Counted from the stretch's first letter, positions 1-13,812 are shown. The stretch: 64,000 nt of DNA from Anolis carolinensis (GCF_035594765.1 NW_026943826.1:13371325-13435324); one strand, 5' to 3'. Numbers and translations are program-made. The notes: generated by a model from the letters alone, not told the origin.

Positions 1-164
1 GAGACTTTCAAATAGATAATTTCATGCAATTTTTTAGTCGTCTTGTGACATTTCTTTCCAACGTTGACGTTCTGTGCTGGAAATAATGTTTTCTATCTGC
101 GTTATCATCATCGGTGTCATCTGATATCTATGTTAATTTGATTCTATGGTTAAGTCCATTTAGC

Positions 165-596
165 TCAGTTTTCTCAACCTGGGGGTCAGGACCCTGGGAG
201 GGGTCATGAGGGGGTCTCAGAGGGGTCACCAAAGACCATCAGGAAACACAGTATTTTCTATGGGTCATGGGGTGTCTGTGTGAGAACTATGGCCCAATTC
301 TATCATTGGTAGGATTCAGGATGCTCTTTGATTTATAGGTGAACTATAAATCCCAGCAACTACAACTCCCAAATGACAAAATCAATCCCTCCCCCAACCC
401 CACCAGTATTCAAATTTGGGTGGATCGGGTCTTGGTCCAGTGAATGAAAATCCATACTGCATATCAGATATTTACATGATGATTCTTAACAATAGCAAAA
501 TTACAGTTATGAAGTACCAACAGAAGTAATTTTATGGTTGGGGGTCAACACAATATGATGAAGTGCATTAAGGGGTCACAGCATCAGGAAGGTTGA
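165..596. mobile_element. hAT-derived MITE
   Basis: CAGTTTTCTCAACCT...AAGGTTGA degenerate TIRs. Confidence 0.55.
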
Positions 597-627
597 TTTA
601 GCTGACTTTGATCGTCTTTGCCCACAG

Positions 628-3600
628 ATCTCTATCTTAAGGAAAATGCGTCTCTCTAACGGCTACGGACTTCTACGGTTAGCCATGGATGGCATACCAG
701 CCCGGGAAGATCCCCATCTGTCCATCAAGGATTTGGTTTTGGATGGAGTCCCCGTGAGGATGTATCAGCCGAGAAGACCCTTTGGTGGGAAAAGGAGAGG
801 AATCTTGTACTTTCATGGTGGAATCGGGCAATTTGGAAGCGTGGGTAAGAAAATGATACAATAATACAAAATTAGATCCTAGGTGATCGTACAATCCTAG
901 GTGCATATCATCTGCGAAGCGAATGAAAAATGGAAAAATATCTCGATTGATTTTTCAAGGTCCTGTGAGTTATTTATCTGGGTGCCTTAAACAAAAAGAC
1001 ACACAGATAGTGCTTTTGGAAGCTCTACTAGTTGCATCTTTGTCACAAAACGCATCTTATGTGTAGGCGTCTGGACAAACGTATTATTTGGGAATATAGG
1101 AAGTGGTTGAAGAACCTGAACCTGTTGGTTTACAAAACATATTTCAACAATACCATCCATTTCTCTCCTAGCGGCCTATGACAGACTGTGCCGGCGCATT
1201 GCAAAGGACAGCGATTCCATCGTGATCTCAGTTGAGTAAGTAAAAATGTTTTCATGTGATAACATCAGCCGGGATGATCTAGAGACATACTTCTCATAGT
1301 GAGCCGTCATAAGGAAAGGCAATGCTACATGAATGGATAAGGAAAGGCGACAACAAACGGGAAAAGAAAGACAAAGATATAACCATCAAAGAACTTATAG
1401 TGTGGTGAAGCCAGGGAAATATTTCCTTCCTCGAAAACTGTTAGGAATTCTGTTACTCTAGGAATCTGTGAGTCTATGATTCTATAAGTCTGAGTCTATA
1501 TGAGTCTACGAGTCTGTAAGTCTATGAGTCTATATGAGTCTATGAGTCTGTAAGTCTATGAGTCTATATGAGTCTATGAGTCTATAACTCTATACGTCTA
1601 TATGAGTCTATGATTCTATGACTCTATAAGTCTAGGAGTCTATATGATTGTATGAGTCTATCTCTATGAGTCTATGACTCCATAAGTCTATGAGTCTGAA
1701 TAAGTCTAGGAGTCTATGACTATATAAGTCTATGATTCTATATGAGTCTATGAGTTTATGACTCTATAAGTCTATGAGTCTATGACTCTATAAGTCTATG
1801 AGTCTATATGAGTCTATGAGTTTATGATTCTATAAGTCTATGATTCTATGAGTCTATGAGCCTATGATTCTATAACTCTATGAGTCTATGATTCTATGTG
1901 TCTATATGAGTCTGTGAGCCTATGACTCTATAAGTCTACAAGTCTATATGAGTGTATGACTCTATGATTCTATAACTTTGTGAGTCTATGATTCTATGCG
2001 TCTATATGAGTCTGTGAGCCTATGACTCTATAAGTCTATATGAGTGTATGACTCTATGATTCTATAACTCTATGAGTCTATGAATCTATGCGTCTATATG
2101 AGTCTGTGAGCCTATGGCTCTATAAGTCTACAAGTCTATATGAGTGTATGACTCTATGATTCTATAACTATGAGTCTATGATTCTATGCGTCTATATGAG
2201 TCTGTGAGCCTATGACTCTATAAGTCTACAAGTCTATATGAGTGTATGACTCTATGATTCTATAACTCTATGAGTCTATGATTCTATGTGTCTATATGAG
2301 TCTGTGAGCCTATGACTCTATAAGTCTACAAGTCTATATGAGTGTATGACTCTATGATTCTATAACTCTATGAGTCTATGATTCTATGCGTCTATATGAG
2401 TCTGTGAGCCTATGGCTCTATAAGTCTACAAGTCTATATGAGTGTATGACTCTATGATTCTATAACTCTATGAGTCTATGATTCTATGCGTCTATATGAG
2501 TCTGTGAGCCTATGGCTCTATAAGTCTACAAGTCTATATGAGTGTATGAGTCTATACGTCTATGACTCCATAAGTCTATGAGTCTATAACTCTATAATTT
2601 ATGAGCCTATGAGCCTTTGAATGTATGGACGTTGTCCCACCAGCGTTATAGAACAGAGACCAATTGTCTAATCTTCTCCTGCAGAATTCTGGGAAACGTA
2701 GTTTAAGGAAACTGAGAATTCCAAAAGCTCTGCCCTGGACTATATTTTCCAGAAATTCGCAGGAGCAACTCGGACGATCAGTAGATGATAACACTGGTGG
2801 GAAAACGTCCTATGAGTCTATGGGTCCATGATGACTATGTAGGACATACCTGCTCCAAATGAGTAATTAAGAAGCATCTGAGATGCCCCTGGAACTGATG
2901 GTTGTGCCGTTCCTTTAGGTATCGTTTGGCTCCTGAGAATCCATATCCAACCCAGTTCTTGGACTGTCTGAAGGCCACCGTACATTTCCTGAAGAACGTG
3001 GAAGACTATGGAGTGGACCCTGCCTCGGTCATAATTTCAGGAGATAGCATTGGAGGCACGCTAGCTTCTGCGGTTTGCCAGGGCCTGGTGAACAGACCGG
3101 ACCTCCCCAAAGTCCGCGCCCAGGTTCTGATCTACCCCTTCCTCCAGGCCGTGGACTTCAACTTGCCCTCCTATCAGAAGAACCGCCACATGCCCCTCTT
3201 CAGCCAGAGACTCGTGGTGGAGTTTGGCCTTCAGTACCTTCAGAAGGATTTGGCGTTGACGGAGGGGGCGCTGAAAGGTTTCCACGTGCCCAAGGAGAAG
3301 AAGCGGAAATATGGCCGATGGCTTTGGCCGGAGAAGAGCGCCGAGGAGTTTGAAGGCGAGGACGACGCGCTGACGTGGCCGAAGGGAACGGTGGACGAGA
3401 TCTTCGAGACAACCTTTTCTCCTCTCCTCGCTGAAGATTCCGTGATCCGACAACTTCCCGAGGCGTATATCTTGACCTGTACGTCTGACGTGTTTATGGA
3501 CGATGGGCACTTGTATAAGAAACGGCTGGAGGACAATGGCCGTAAAGTGACCTGGTACCAACTCGATGATGGCTTCCACGGAGTCCTGTATTTCGTTGAC

Positions 3601-3672
3601 CATTGGCTTTTCTCCTTTTCAGGTTCTCAGATATGCTTAGACAGCATAGTAGGCTTCCTAAGAAGTTTGTAA
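628..3672 (+). CDS. AADACL3/4-like gene A (5'-partial; exon 1 outside window). Exons 628-844, 1172-1235, 2919-3672
   Basis: Canonical AG/GT boundaries give 217- and 64-nt exons in frame. Motifs YFHGGIG, YRLAPE, GDSIGG (Ser codon 3046-3048), SDVFMDDG and DGFHG give an intact Ser-Asp-His triad. Confidence 0.92.
1465..2615. repeat. TCTATGAG-based minisatellite with 100-bp higher-order period, gene A intron 3
   Basis: 8-10-bp monomers; identical blocks at 2251, 2351 and 2451. Confidence 0.9.
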
Positions 3673-3789
3673 GTACCAAGTATGATAGCTAATACGCACA
3701 TATTGTAGCTGTTGGTTGAGATCTTGGGCCGAAGAGGTGGAACATAACTCAGAAAACCTCAGCGGGTTTCCATGACCAAGCAGGAACTT

Positions 3790-4031
3790 GATCCTTGGTC
3801 CACATATTGATCCTTGGTCCACATAGTTGTATCCTTGGTCCATATATTGATCCTTGGTCCACATAGTTGTATCCTTGGTCCACATATTGATCCTTGGTCC
3901 ACATAGTTGTATCCTTGGTCCACATATTGATCCTTGGTCCACATAGTTGTATCCTTGGTCCACATATTGATCCTTGGTCCACATAGTTGTATCCTTGGTC
4001 CACATATTGATCCTTGGTCCACATAGTTGTA
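3790..4031. repeat. 40-bp (19+21) tandem repeat
   Basis: TCCTTGGTCCACATATTGA/TCCTTGGTCCACATAGTTGTA x6. Confidence 0.95.
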
Positions 4032-4282
4032 GCCCAATGCTCAAACACTATACCACAATTCCCCAAAAGCAATAGAAAGGGTGCTCTGCAATAGCAGTAG
4101 TCCAAGACACAACGATCAGTAGTCCAAGGTAGGAAGGTACTAATAATCCATGAAGACAAGGAACATGAAATCCATGAAGACAAGGAACATGAAATCCATG
4201 AAGTCAGGAGCATAAAACCACAAATCCATAAGTGTGAGTCAAGAACATAGACAATAATTAATCCATAGGTATGAAAGCAGGA

Positions 4283-4475
4283 ACATAGGTAACTTGGGAG
4301 AGAATCGGCTGTTTACAGAGACATTGCTCGGATGTGTTACCATTCTGTGGGAGGCTTCTCTCATGTCCCTGCATGGGAAGCTGGGGCTGACAGATGGGAG
4401 CTTGCCCCATCTCACGGATTCAAACCACCAATCTTCAGATCTTCAGCACAGAGGTTTACCCCATTGTGCATCCTT
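4283..4475 (-). mobile_element. Squamate (Sauria-like) SINE fragment
   Basis: Resembles the anole SINE as recalled (tRNA-like GGTTTGAATCC box on the - strand). Confidence 0.5.
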
Positions 4476-5289
4476 CGCTCTTCAGATTAAAATACAATAA
4501 ATACACAGAATACACTCAAAATAGTGTGTAACTTGCCACCTAGTGGTTGTTTTCGGCATGAACGTGTATACAGGAGGACCAAGGAGACCCAGAAAAGTGT
4601 ACTCTTCCTCTTGAGCTTGCCAACCAAACCTGCCAGCACAACATTAAAAATGTTGGAAATACTCTACACCCTGCAATATGAAATATTCAGCCAGGATGAA
4701 ATTCTCCACGCAGAAATAAACAAGCATCTCATTAATATGCAAATTTGTTCCAATCTTTAATACATGGTAAAATGATATGCATACCAAAGAATTGTTTTGA
4801 AATAAATCTTTGTTGTGATGAGTTATCAGGAAATGTTTGGCTTGTGTTATATACCTGGAGTCACCTAGAAAAGTTTAGGAACCCTATATACATACATACA
4901 TACATATGTGTGTGTGTATACTAGGCATGTGTGATCGATAAAAAATGTTTCAAAAGTCATTACGAAATTTTTCTGCTTTCCCCTATTGAGTCAGTTTCGA
5001 TTCTTAGGTTTTTGGTGCATGTCGGATATCGCGTCGTAAGCACGAATGTAATGAATTTTATACGACTTACGATGAATAACGAAAAATTGCACAACCCTAA
5101 TATATACCTTGTGCGTATCCTTCCCAATATTGAAATATGGCTCTCGTGTCCCTGATCCAGCACTTGCAAATCAGGGAAGTTATTTCCGACTCGAATGTCC
5201 ACGTAATTTAGCAAGGGGGAATATAATGTAATTACACATTCTTTGGGAGGCTTCTGAGGTTTACAAAAATGCACACAAAAAGTGTTGAG

Positions 5290-5815
5290 TAAGTTTCGAT
5301 CCTTAAGCTTTTGGCTCATGTCAGATATCGCCTTGTAAGCACGAATTTAACGAATTTTATACGACAAGTTTCGATCCTTAAGTTTTTGGTGCATGTCGGA
5401 TATCGCCTTGTAAGCACGAATTTAACTAATTTTATACGACAAGTTTCGATTCTTAAGCTTTTGGCACATGTCGGATATTGCCTCGTAAGCACGAATTTAA
5501 CAAATTTTATACAACAAGTTTCGATCCTTAAGTTTTTGGTGCATGTCGGATATCGCCTCGTAAGCACGAATTTAACTAATTTTATACGACAAGTTTCGAT
5601 TCTTAAGCTTTTGGCGCATGTCGGATATTGCCTCGTAAGCACAAATTTAACAAATTTTAAACGACAAGTTTTGATTCTTAAGCTTTTGGAGCGTGTCTGA
5701 TACCGCCTCGTAAGCATGAATTTAACTAATTTTATATGACAAGTTTCGATTCTTAAGCTTTTGGCGCATGTCGGATATTGCCTCGTAAGCACAAATTTAA
5801 CGAATTTTATATGAC
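5290..5815. repeat. 75-bp tandem repeat amplified from the DNA-element-like segment at 4922-5099
   Basis: AAGTTTCGAT recurs at 5291, 5366, 5441 and onward; about 7 units. Confidence 0.9.
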
Positions 5816-6447
5816 ATACGAAAAATTGCACAACCCTAATATATACCTTGTACGTATCCTTCCCAACATTGAAACATGGCTCTCGTGTACCTTCCAATCA
5901 ACCTTCTCTTCTCCAAGCTCAGAAGGATTCGTCTTTCCCATTTCTTTGACCATTGTGACTGACACTTCCCAGCTTTTCTATATCCTAATTGCCGTGTCCA
6001 GAACCACAGGTGAGGTCTATCTCATTCCTGGCAATTCTGCGGACAAAGAAACATGATCGTTTTGGAAGAGAGGAGGCCCCTTTTCCAACAAGAAGCTTCA
6101 GAGGAACTTGAGAATCCGGTTTGGGCAAGATGTCGAGAGACGTGTTGTGTGAGCGAAGGGAAGGCGAAACGCCTTTCCCTGATCCGGCACTTGTGAATCA
6201 GGGAAGTTATTACCGTCGTCCACATAATTTAGAGTCAACAAAGGGAAATAAAATGTAATTAGCATTATGCATTCTTTAGGAGCGAGCGTCATGATTGAAA
6301 AATCAAGTGTAGCACACAACCACGGACTCCATCAGCTGACATCCTAATTAAGAGCCTTCCAAAACTTATCCCATACAAAGTGGAGAGGCCGGTGTGACAC
6401 AGAACGTCGGACAAACGAGAGTCCTTTCGCGCCTGTTCGTCAAGAGA

Positions 6448-7246
6448 ATGGTGTTTCTTGCGACTCTCGGGATGCTTGCGTTATATGCCGGCCTCCTCAT
6501 AACAGTCTTCGCGATCGCCTGGGGGATTTATTACGATCAGAAGAGGATACACATCCCGCCGGGAATCAAACACCCTGGAAAACTACGGCTTTATCATTTC
6601 ATTATCCAGTTTTTAGGGTTTCTGGTAAGTCCTCCTGATCTTAACATGCCTTCTTTGTGTATGTTTTATATGGCATCGTCATCTGGAAACTCTCTTTCGC
6701 TGGGGGTCGAACATGGAAAGGGATGATTCTTTTTGAGGATAGATTGGTTTCCAGTTTGTAGATGAAGTTCTAGTTCTCAGTTTTGGAAGCATCCAGGTCA
6801 AAAGAAATAATTTCACCCAGAGTAATATTGTTATTAAAATATTATTAATAATACCCGTTGGTACACATCAGCTGTCATGGGGAGGCAGACCTCTCTCAGA
6901 CTCAGCTTAGGGTCCCAAAATAACTATTGTTATTAATATTAATATTATTATTAACACACATTGGCACACATCAGCTGTCATGGGGAAGGAGCCCTCTCTC
7001 AGACCCAGCTTAGGGTCCCAGAATAACTATTGTTATTAATATTAATATAATTATTAACACCCATTGATACACATCAGCTGTCATGGGGAGGCAGACCTCT
7101 CTCAGACCCAGCTTAGGGTCCCAGAATAACTATTGTTATTAGTATTAATATTAATATTAATATTATTATTAACACCCATTTATACACATCAGATGTCATG
7201 GGGAAGGAGCCCTCTCTCAGACTCAGCTTAGGGTCCCAGAATAACT

Positions 7247-7282
<36 letters not shown>

Positions 7283-8801
7283 ATTATTATTATTATTAAC
7301 ACCCATTGGCACACATCAGCTGTAATGGGGAGGCAAACCTCTCTCAGACCCAGCTTAGGGTCCCAGAATAACTATTGTTATTAATATTAATATTATTATT
7401 AGCACCCATTGGGGCCCCAGGGAAACTATTGTTATTAATATTAATATTAATATTAGCACCCATTGGGGTCCCAGAATGACTATTGTTATTAATATTAATA
7501 TTATTATTAACACCCACTGGTACGCATCAGCTGTCATGGAGAACCAGCCTTCTGTCAGTACTGGCTTATTATTACGCAGCCCGAAACAAAAGGAAAATAA
7601 AGCAAGTGTGGTGACCGTGCAGCTTTCTCTTTCGTGTCGCCTTTCGTTTTGTCCGAAAATTGCATCTTTCGTTTCGTGCATCCGAATGGACGATACTAAA
7701 TGAATAGACGAATGAAAGAGATGAAGCAAATACCATGGACATCACTATCGTACAAAGAGGAATAATAACGCTTTCAGACAGGAACAGAAAATCTTTCACT
7801 TTTGTTACTCAGTGTTACTTAATGTTCATCTGTCTCACCCTATGACTATCATTCCTTGCGTCTAAGTCTTAGATGAATTCTTCCTTGTCCTTGTCTTGTC
7901 CTAAATAGGCCATCATCAGCGAAAAGCTTGGCATTTGCCACAAGTATAAAGCCCTGGCCGGTTTCTATAGAACAATGCCTTTGAGGAAGAGCTCGTTGTT
8001 GATTATCAAGAGCCTGCATTTCGAAGACATTCCGGTGAGAGTGTATTGGCCCAAAGTGGCTTCTTCTGGGAAGAGGAAAGGAGTGGTGGTCATTTCTGGA
8101 GGTGCCGGCCTTTTCGGAAACATTTGTAAGTTCCCCGAATGGAGCCCGCGAGATTCCGTTGAATAGCCGTAGAAATGATGGAGAAACGGGCCTCGAAATT
8201 TCCCCCATGGCTGCGAAGGGAACAAATCTTACGAAGTTTCTGAGATTCGGAATACGAAACGAGATGGGACCCGTCCAAACGAAGCGGGGGTCATCCATAT
8301 CTCCGAAACGAATTACTAATTGGATTTCAGCCGCTTTGTACACCTCTCGTAACTTGGGATCCCTTTGTTGTCGTGGGCAAATAATTAGATTTGAAATGTT
8401 CCAACTGTCGCATATTTTTAAATCAATGTTTAATGCATTTAATTTTTAACTGATTGAATTGCCTGTAATATTTTTATACTGTGTTTTAATATAAGCTGCC
8501 CTGAGTCCCCTATGGGTGAGAAGGGCGGGATATAAGTATTGTAATAAATAAATAAATAAGTACAGTAGGGTATCAGTTATCCAACATAAACGGGCAGGTA
8601 CAATGTTGGATGAGCAAAACTGTTGGATAATAGGGAGGGATAGGCCTCCCCTCGCTCGGCTGCCTGCCCTCACTCACTGACTCACTCAGCCGGGTCCTGG
8701 TTCTGCCACCACTGTTGCCTTTGTAGCCTGCCCTCCCTCCCTCTCTCACTCACCGGGCCGGATCTTAGCGAGGAGGAGGGCGAGAGAGAAAGAAGGCAGG
8801 T

Positions 8802-8850
<49 letters not shown>

Positions 8851-10876
8851 GCCTGCCTCCCTTCCTCCTCCCACACGTCGGATAATCTGGAGTGTCGGAT
8901 GAGCGGAAGTCGGAAAAACCGGAGTGTCGGATGAGCGGAAGTCAGATAGCCGGGACTCTACTGTATACTGATTTGCATATATCAAATAAGCCTCTGATAT
9001 GCTTCCTGAAATAGTTGAGTATCACTGAAAATGAACCATTCAATGTAGACGTGGACCCAGATCCACACTTTTAATCCGCTAATAGACCCATTTTACTCTG
9101 AATATAGTTATGTCAGCCTTTGTTGCTTCGTAATTTTTCCAGGAAACAAAATTCAGTGGGCACCCTAGTGGGGAGTATAGTATCTTTCTAAATAGTCCTG
9201 AAACCCATCAGTAATCTCCCTTGAAACATTATGTGTTCATCAGATATGTCTGACCAGCTATGCTGCTACATTGCCGAGAAAACCGATTCAGTCGTTGTCT
9301 GCATTGGGTAAGTGTCTTCCTACTCGTCCTGGTTGTATCGGTAAGTTTGTTCTCAAAACGATGTCCTACCGAGAGCGCTCTCCCACCTGATTCAATCAAT
9401 TCTGTATACAATAGTTTCCCAAAATACTCGTCCCTTTCGCAGTCAATGATCTTCCTACTGGGGAAACCAACAACCAAAAGAAGGGGTGTTCCTTAGTCCA
9501 AAGGGCATGACTTGTTTCGATATGCACCGGGAGGCCGAGAACACTACTTCTCGAAAAACTTATTTGTGAAGTTGACGAAATTTACTGTTGCATTATTCAT
9601 GTCTGAAGTTAATGTCTAAAGGAAAATTATTCACTGAGGACACCCATTAAGAAAACGCCTTTTATTTAAATGAATGCAAAGGAATGATGAGAGTTGGGTG
9701 TCATCTGCATATACGTAGCGTCATACTTCAAAACCTCAGAGGACCTCTCCCAGCAGTTTCATCTATATGTTGCATAGTATGTGGGATAAAACAGAGCTCC
9801 AAGGGACCTACACATTCTAGGAAGGATGTCCTCTCTGTGCATTTCCATGTCCTTCAAGATGATTCCATGGTATGCCAGAGGTTGACGATACCTAGAAGTA
9901 TTAGAAGAGTTGTTCTCTTTTGGCATTGTCTAGGTCCTCCAACATAATTCTGTCCTTTGATTCCAACATAAGGTTGTTCTGGAGTACCTACCTATTTTTT
10001 TTTTTGCCGGAAGTTGTTCATTTCACTACGGTTTGATTTCACATTGCTAGAATGCATCGAGTAGATTTACGGATTCAAACCACGTCTCATTTCTGCTTCA
10101 GGTTTCGTTTGGCTCCAGAGCACCCGTTCCCGATCCCGGTTATGGATTGCTGCACGGCTACCACGCACTTCTTGAAAAACGCTGCGGAATACGGAGTGGA
10201 CCCAAATTGCATCGCTGTCTACGGAGAAAGTAGCGGAGGGACATTTGCGACGGCTGTTTGTCAACATCTGGCAACCAAGAAGGGACTCCCAAAGCTCCGA
10301 GGGCAGGTCCTCGTGCATCCCTTCCTCCAGGCATTCGATTTCAACTTGCCTTCTTATCAGCAGAACCATTCGGTCCCCATTCTGTTCAAGAAAAGGGCCT
10401 TGAAGATGGGCATGGTGTATCTGACCGGGAAGAGGATCGACGTGGACGGCTTAATGAACAACGCTCACATTCCCAGGCATCTGTGGGAGAAATACAGAAA
10501 ATGGGTCAATCCCGACTTCATCCCAGAACAATTCAAGGCCAGGGGCTACGTGCCCGTGGAGAAGGCTCCGTTTTCCCCAGAACTTTATGAACTCTGCAAA
10601 ACAGGCGATAACCCAATGTTCTCCCCGCTTTTAGCGGAAGACGACATCATCCGCCAGCTCCCCGAGACCTTCCTAATAACCTGCGAATATGATACCGTCC
10701 GAGACGATGGGATCTTGTACAAGAAACGGCTGGAGGACAATGGCGTCCCAGTGACGTGGCATCACATCGAGGATGGCTTCCACGGAATAACGTACGGCTT
10801 TGGCAACCGGCTACTGGAATACCCGACTATGAAAAGCCATTTCCAACACGTGATTAATTTCCTTAACAGTTTATAA
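6448..10876 (+). CDS. AADACL3/4-like gene B, complete, 410 aa. Exons 6448-6624, 7909-8125, 9244-9307, 10102-10876
   Basis: N-terminal hydrophobic anchor; exons of 177/217/64/775 nt with AG/GT; GESSGG (Ser AGT 10229-10231), EYDTVRDDG, DGFHG; oxyanion loop reads SGGAG. Confidence 0.93.
6830..7545. repeat. ~115-130-bp tandem repeat in gene B intron 1 (inverted array at 54310-54845)
   Basis: CACATCAGCTGTCATGGGGA...CCCAGCTTAGGGTCCCAGAATAAC units. Confidence 0.9.
8563..8964. mobile_element. Tc1/mariner-pogo-type MITE with (GA)n in gene B intron 2 (inverted partial copies at 23210-23480 and 32433-32705)
   Basis: TA-CAGTAG...CTACTG-TA termini. Confidence 0.65.
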
Positions 10877-10934
10877 AAACACTTCATCCATTTCCTTCAA
10901 CACTTACCCGTTCCTCTAATAATTCGGCTGATGT

Positions 10935-11672
10935 GAACATTGGGTTGACCGTTGAGAAACACGTTCCTCGTAGTTCCCCAGATGTTGAGATACACTTAGG
11001 TACAGATAGTATTACATAGAAAATTGGGTTGACCGTTGAGGAACACGTTCCTCATCGTCCCCCAGATGTTGAGATACACTCATGAAGAGCTAGTATTACA
11101 TAGAACATTGGGTTGAGTGTTGAGGAACACGTTCCTCATCGTCCCCCAGATGTTGAGATACACTCATGAAGAGCTAGTATTACATAGAAAATTGGGTTGA
11201 CCGTTGAGGAACACGTTCCTCATCGTCCCCCAGATGTTGAGATACACTCATGAAGAGCTAGTATTACATAGAACATTGGGTTGAGTGTTGAGGAACACGT
11301 TCCTCATCGTCCCCCAGATGTTGAGATACACTCATGAAGAGCTAGTATTACATAGAACATTGGGTTGAGTGTTGAGGAACACGTTCCTCATTGTCCCCCA
11401 GATGTTGAGATACACTCATGAAGAGCTAGTATTACATAGAACATTGGGTTGAGTGTTGAGGAACACGTTCCTCATCGTCCTCCAGATGTTGAGATACACT
11501 CATGAAGAGCTAGTATTACATAGAACATTGGGTTGAGTGTTGAGGAACACGTTCCTCATTGTCCCCCAGATGTTGAGATACACTCATGAAGAGCTAGCGT
11601 TACATAGAACATTGGGTTGACTGTAGAGAAACGTGTTCTTCATCATTTCCCAGATGTTGAGATACAATTAGG
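10935..11672. repeat. 84-bp tandem repeat just 3' of gene B (related units at 41250-41690 and 53120-53645)
   Basis: GAACATTGGGTTGA period of 84 (11103, 11187, 11271, 11355). Confidence 0.92.
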
Positions 11673-11885
11673 TAGTTGTGAGTCTTCCGGGCTGTATGGC
11701 CATGTTGTAGAAGCATTGTCTCCTGACGTTTTGCCCACATTTATGGCAGACCCCTCAACCTCTGAGGATGCCTGCCATAGATGTGGGCGAAACATCAGGA
11801 GAGAATGCTCCTAGAATATGGCCATCCAATCCGGAAAACTCACAACAACCCAGTGATCCGGGCCATGAAAACCTTCGACAACACA
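11672..11885. mobile_element. Penelope-like terminal repeats in inverted arrangement, with a minimal hammerhead-like core (similar at 53283-53437)
   Basis: CTGAGGA-stem-GAAAC at 11762-11793, mirrored by 11672-11750. Confidence 0.65.
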
Positions 11886-13259
11886 TCCAATATGAATCCA
11901 TTGCTTTTGCTCCAGACCCCAGAACAGGAGAGAATGAACTCGCCCACTCCTCAATATGATATCCTTCAAATATATGGGTATCGCGTTCTCTTCCTCTTTC
12001 TCTCTCTCTTTCTTCCATGAATAAATCCTACTTTGAAAAAACCTGATTATCTGACAAATCTTTGACACGGCTGTTAAAAAAACTTCAGCTCCCATCATGC
12101 CCCGGGAGGGAGCGCAGAGGCTCCTTCCATGCTTGTGCCACACAAAGTGCTACTGGGAAAGCGAGTTCCCATTTGGCTGATTTGTGAGGCCACTCACATG
12201 CAAGTAGAGTGCCACTCAACCCCATTCGCACCCTTTATTAGCTCTCATGAGCCGGAAAAATCTGCCTGTTATGATCCATGTCGGCTAAGGCTTTGGCTGC
12301 CCCACATCGGGCTTGTTTGCATGTATTTGGTAGTCGGAACGTCCGAATCACCGAATATGGTATCCTAAAATGATATCATGCACACCCCTACTGTGGATTT
12401 GCCCACACGCCATGGACTCTGCCTCAATTAGAGTGCCGCTACTATTATTTGTATTGGGTAGGACTTTTCCTGCCCTGCAGTGGGCTCGTGTTCGTAGTTC
12501 TAATAAAACTCTAAGACATCCTTCAACTTTGTCTGAAGTTGGGAAGCCTAGAATAACTCAAGATGCCCAATGGAAGTCCAAGAATGTCCTGATACAAGTC
12601 ATGGTGGGATTCCATATCCACGTCGAATTGCTCTTCGTTCTTGTTGAAGAAATGTCCAAAAGAGATCCGTCCTTTGGACTCTTCCTTCTTCACTTCCGAG
12701 CTCTGCCCTCACCGCCCACGTGACGAGTCTCTTTTGGACATTAATTAAGGGCAATTCGACATGGATATGAAAACCCACCATGTTCTGCACCTTGCCCTTT
12801 TCAGTGAAAGAACTCTGATTTGACAACAAACTGCACATCCCAAGATCCTGTAGAACCTAGCCATGGTGTTGTAGTGATCTCATGGTCTCGGAGAGGACAC
12901 AGATCCTTCTAGAAGTTTCCAACCAGCACGTTTGGGAAGAACAGTTCTCTCTGAAGAGAACGTCAGGAGAGAGCAATATGATCCCTGAAACAAATGGGTC
13001 TGGATTTGGTACAACATGACCCCTTATTTTAACCCCATCCAACTGGGCGCTTCCAAAACTGAGAACTAGAACCATGTTGGCAGGCTGGAAATCTGAGCCG
13101 AAGCTTCAAAACCATCCGTCCCCATGAGCTGAGTCAAAGCCACCCATGCCCTTCAGAAGGCCCGTGCCGTGGGGTGACACTGAGCGAAAGGAAGCATCCA
13201 GACTATGACACCGCTGAAACATGTACACAAAGAGGGGCGTTAAGATCAAGAGGACTTAC

Positions 13260-13436
13260 CAGGAACCCTCCAAACTTGAATAAGGTGTGCCAAAGTTGTA
13301 GCCTTGTGGGGTATTTGATTCCCGGGGGAATGTCTAGCCTTCTTTGATCCAGATAAACGACCCATGCGATCACTAAGAAGAGAGCCAGAAGGCTAGCAGA
13401 CAACACAGGCATCCGCAGAGTGGTAAGGAATCCCAT
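13260..13436 (-). pseudogene. Orphan AADACL-like exon 1 (copy C) with promoter and partial intron 1; no downstream exons on this strand
   Basis: Open 177-nt MGFLTTLRM...FKFGGFL followed by a GTAAG donor. Intron-1 homology stops near 12530. Confidence 0.8.
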
Positions 13437-13748
13437 CCTCTTGACTAACAAGCGCGGAAGAACTCTCCTTTCTCCTTGGTGGTTTCTGAGGTTCTGCACC
13501 CCTTGGGTCTCCCCATTTAATAAGGAACTAATTACCAAATGCCACCCCATGCCCAGACAGCCATTAATTAATTAGGGAGTGCCTGATTATACCCGATGTA
13601 TTCCGCCCTTACCATTTATGCCACGATGCCTTATGTCAAGGAATACATTATGTGTATTCAGTGGGCACCCTAGCGGGGAGTATAGTATCTTTCTAAATAG
13701 TCCTGAAACCTGTCAGTAATCTCTCTTGAAACATTATGGGTTCATCAG

Positions 13749-13812
13749 ATATGTCTGACCAACAATGCTGCTACATTGCCGAGAAAACTGATTCAGTCGT
13801 TGTGTGCGTTGT
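13749..13812 (+). pseudogene. Orphan copy of gene-B-type exon 3 with flanking intron
   Basis: Near-identical to 9244-9307 and its flanks; GC donor. Confidence 0.8.

Noticed and set aside
3658-4213. Repetitive ORFs in three frames (also 5311-5897 and 41401-41883)
   Set aside because: Translations of tandem repeats.
10935-11672. Regular repeats resembling a CRISPR array (also 3790-4031 and 5290-5815)
   Set aside because: Head-to-tail units with no unique spacers, no cas genes, and eukaryotic context.
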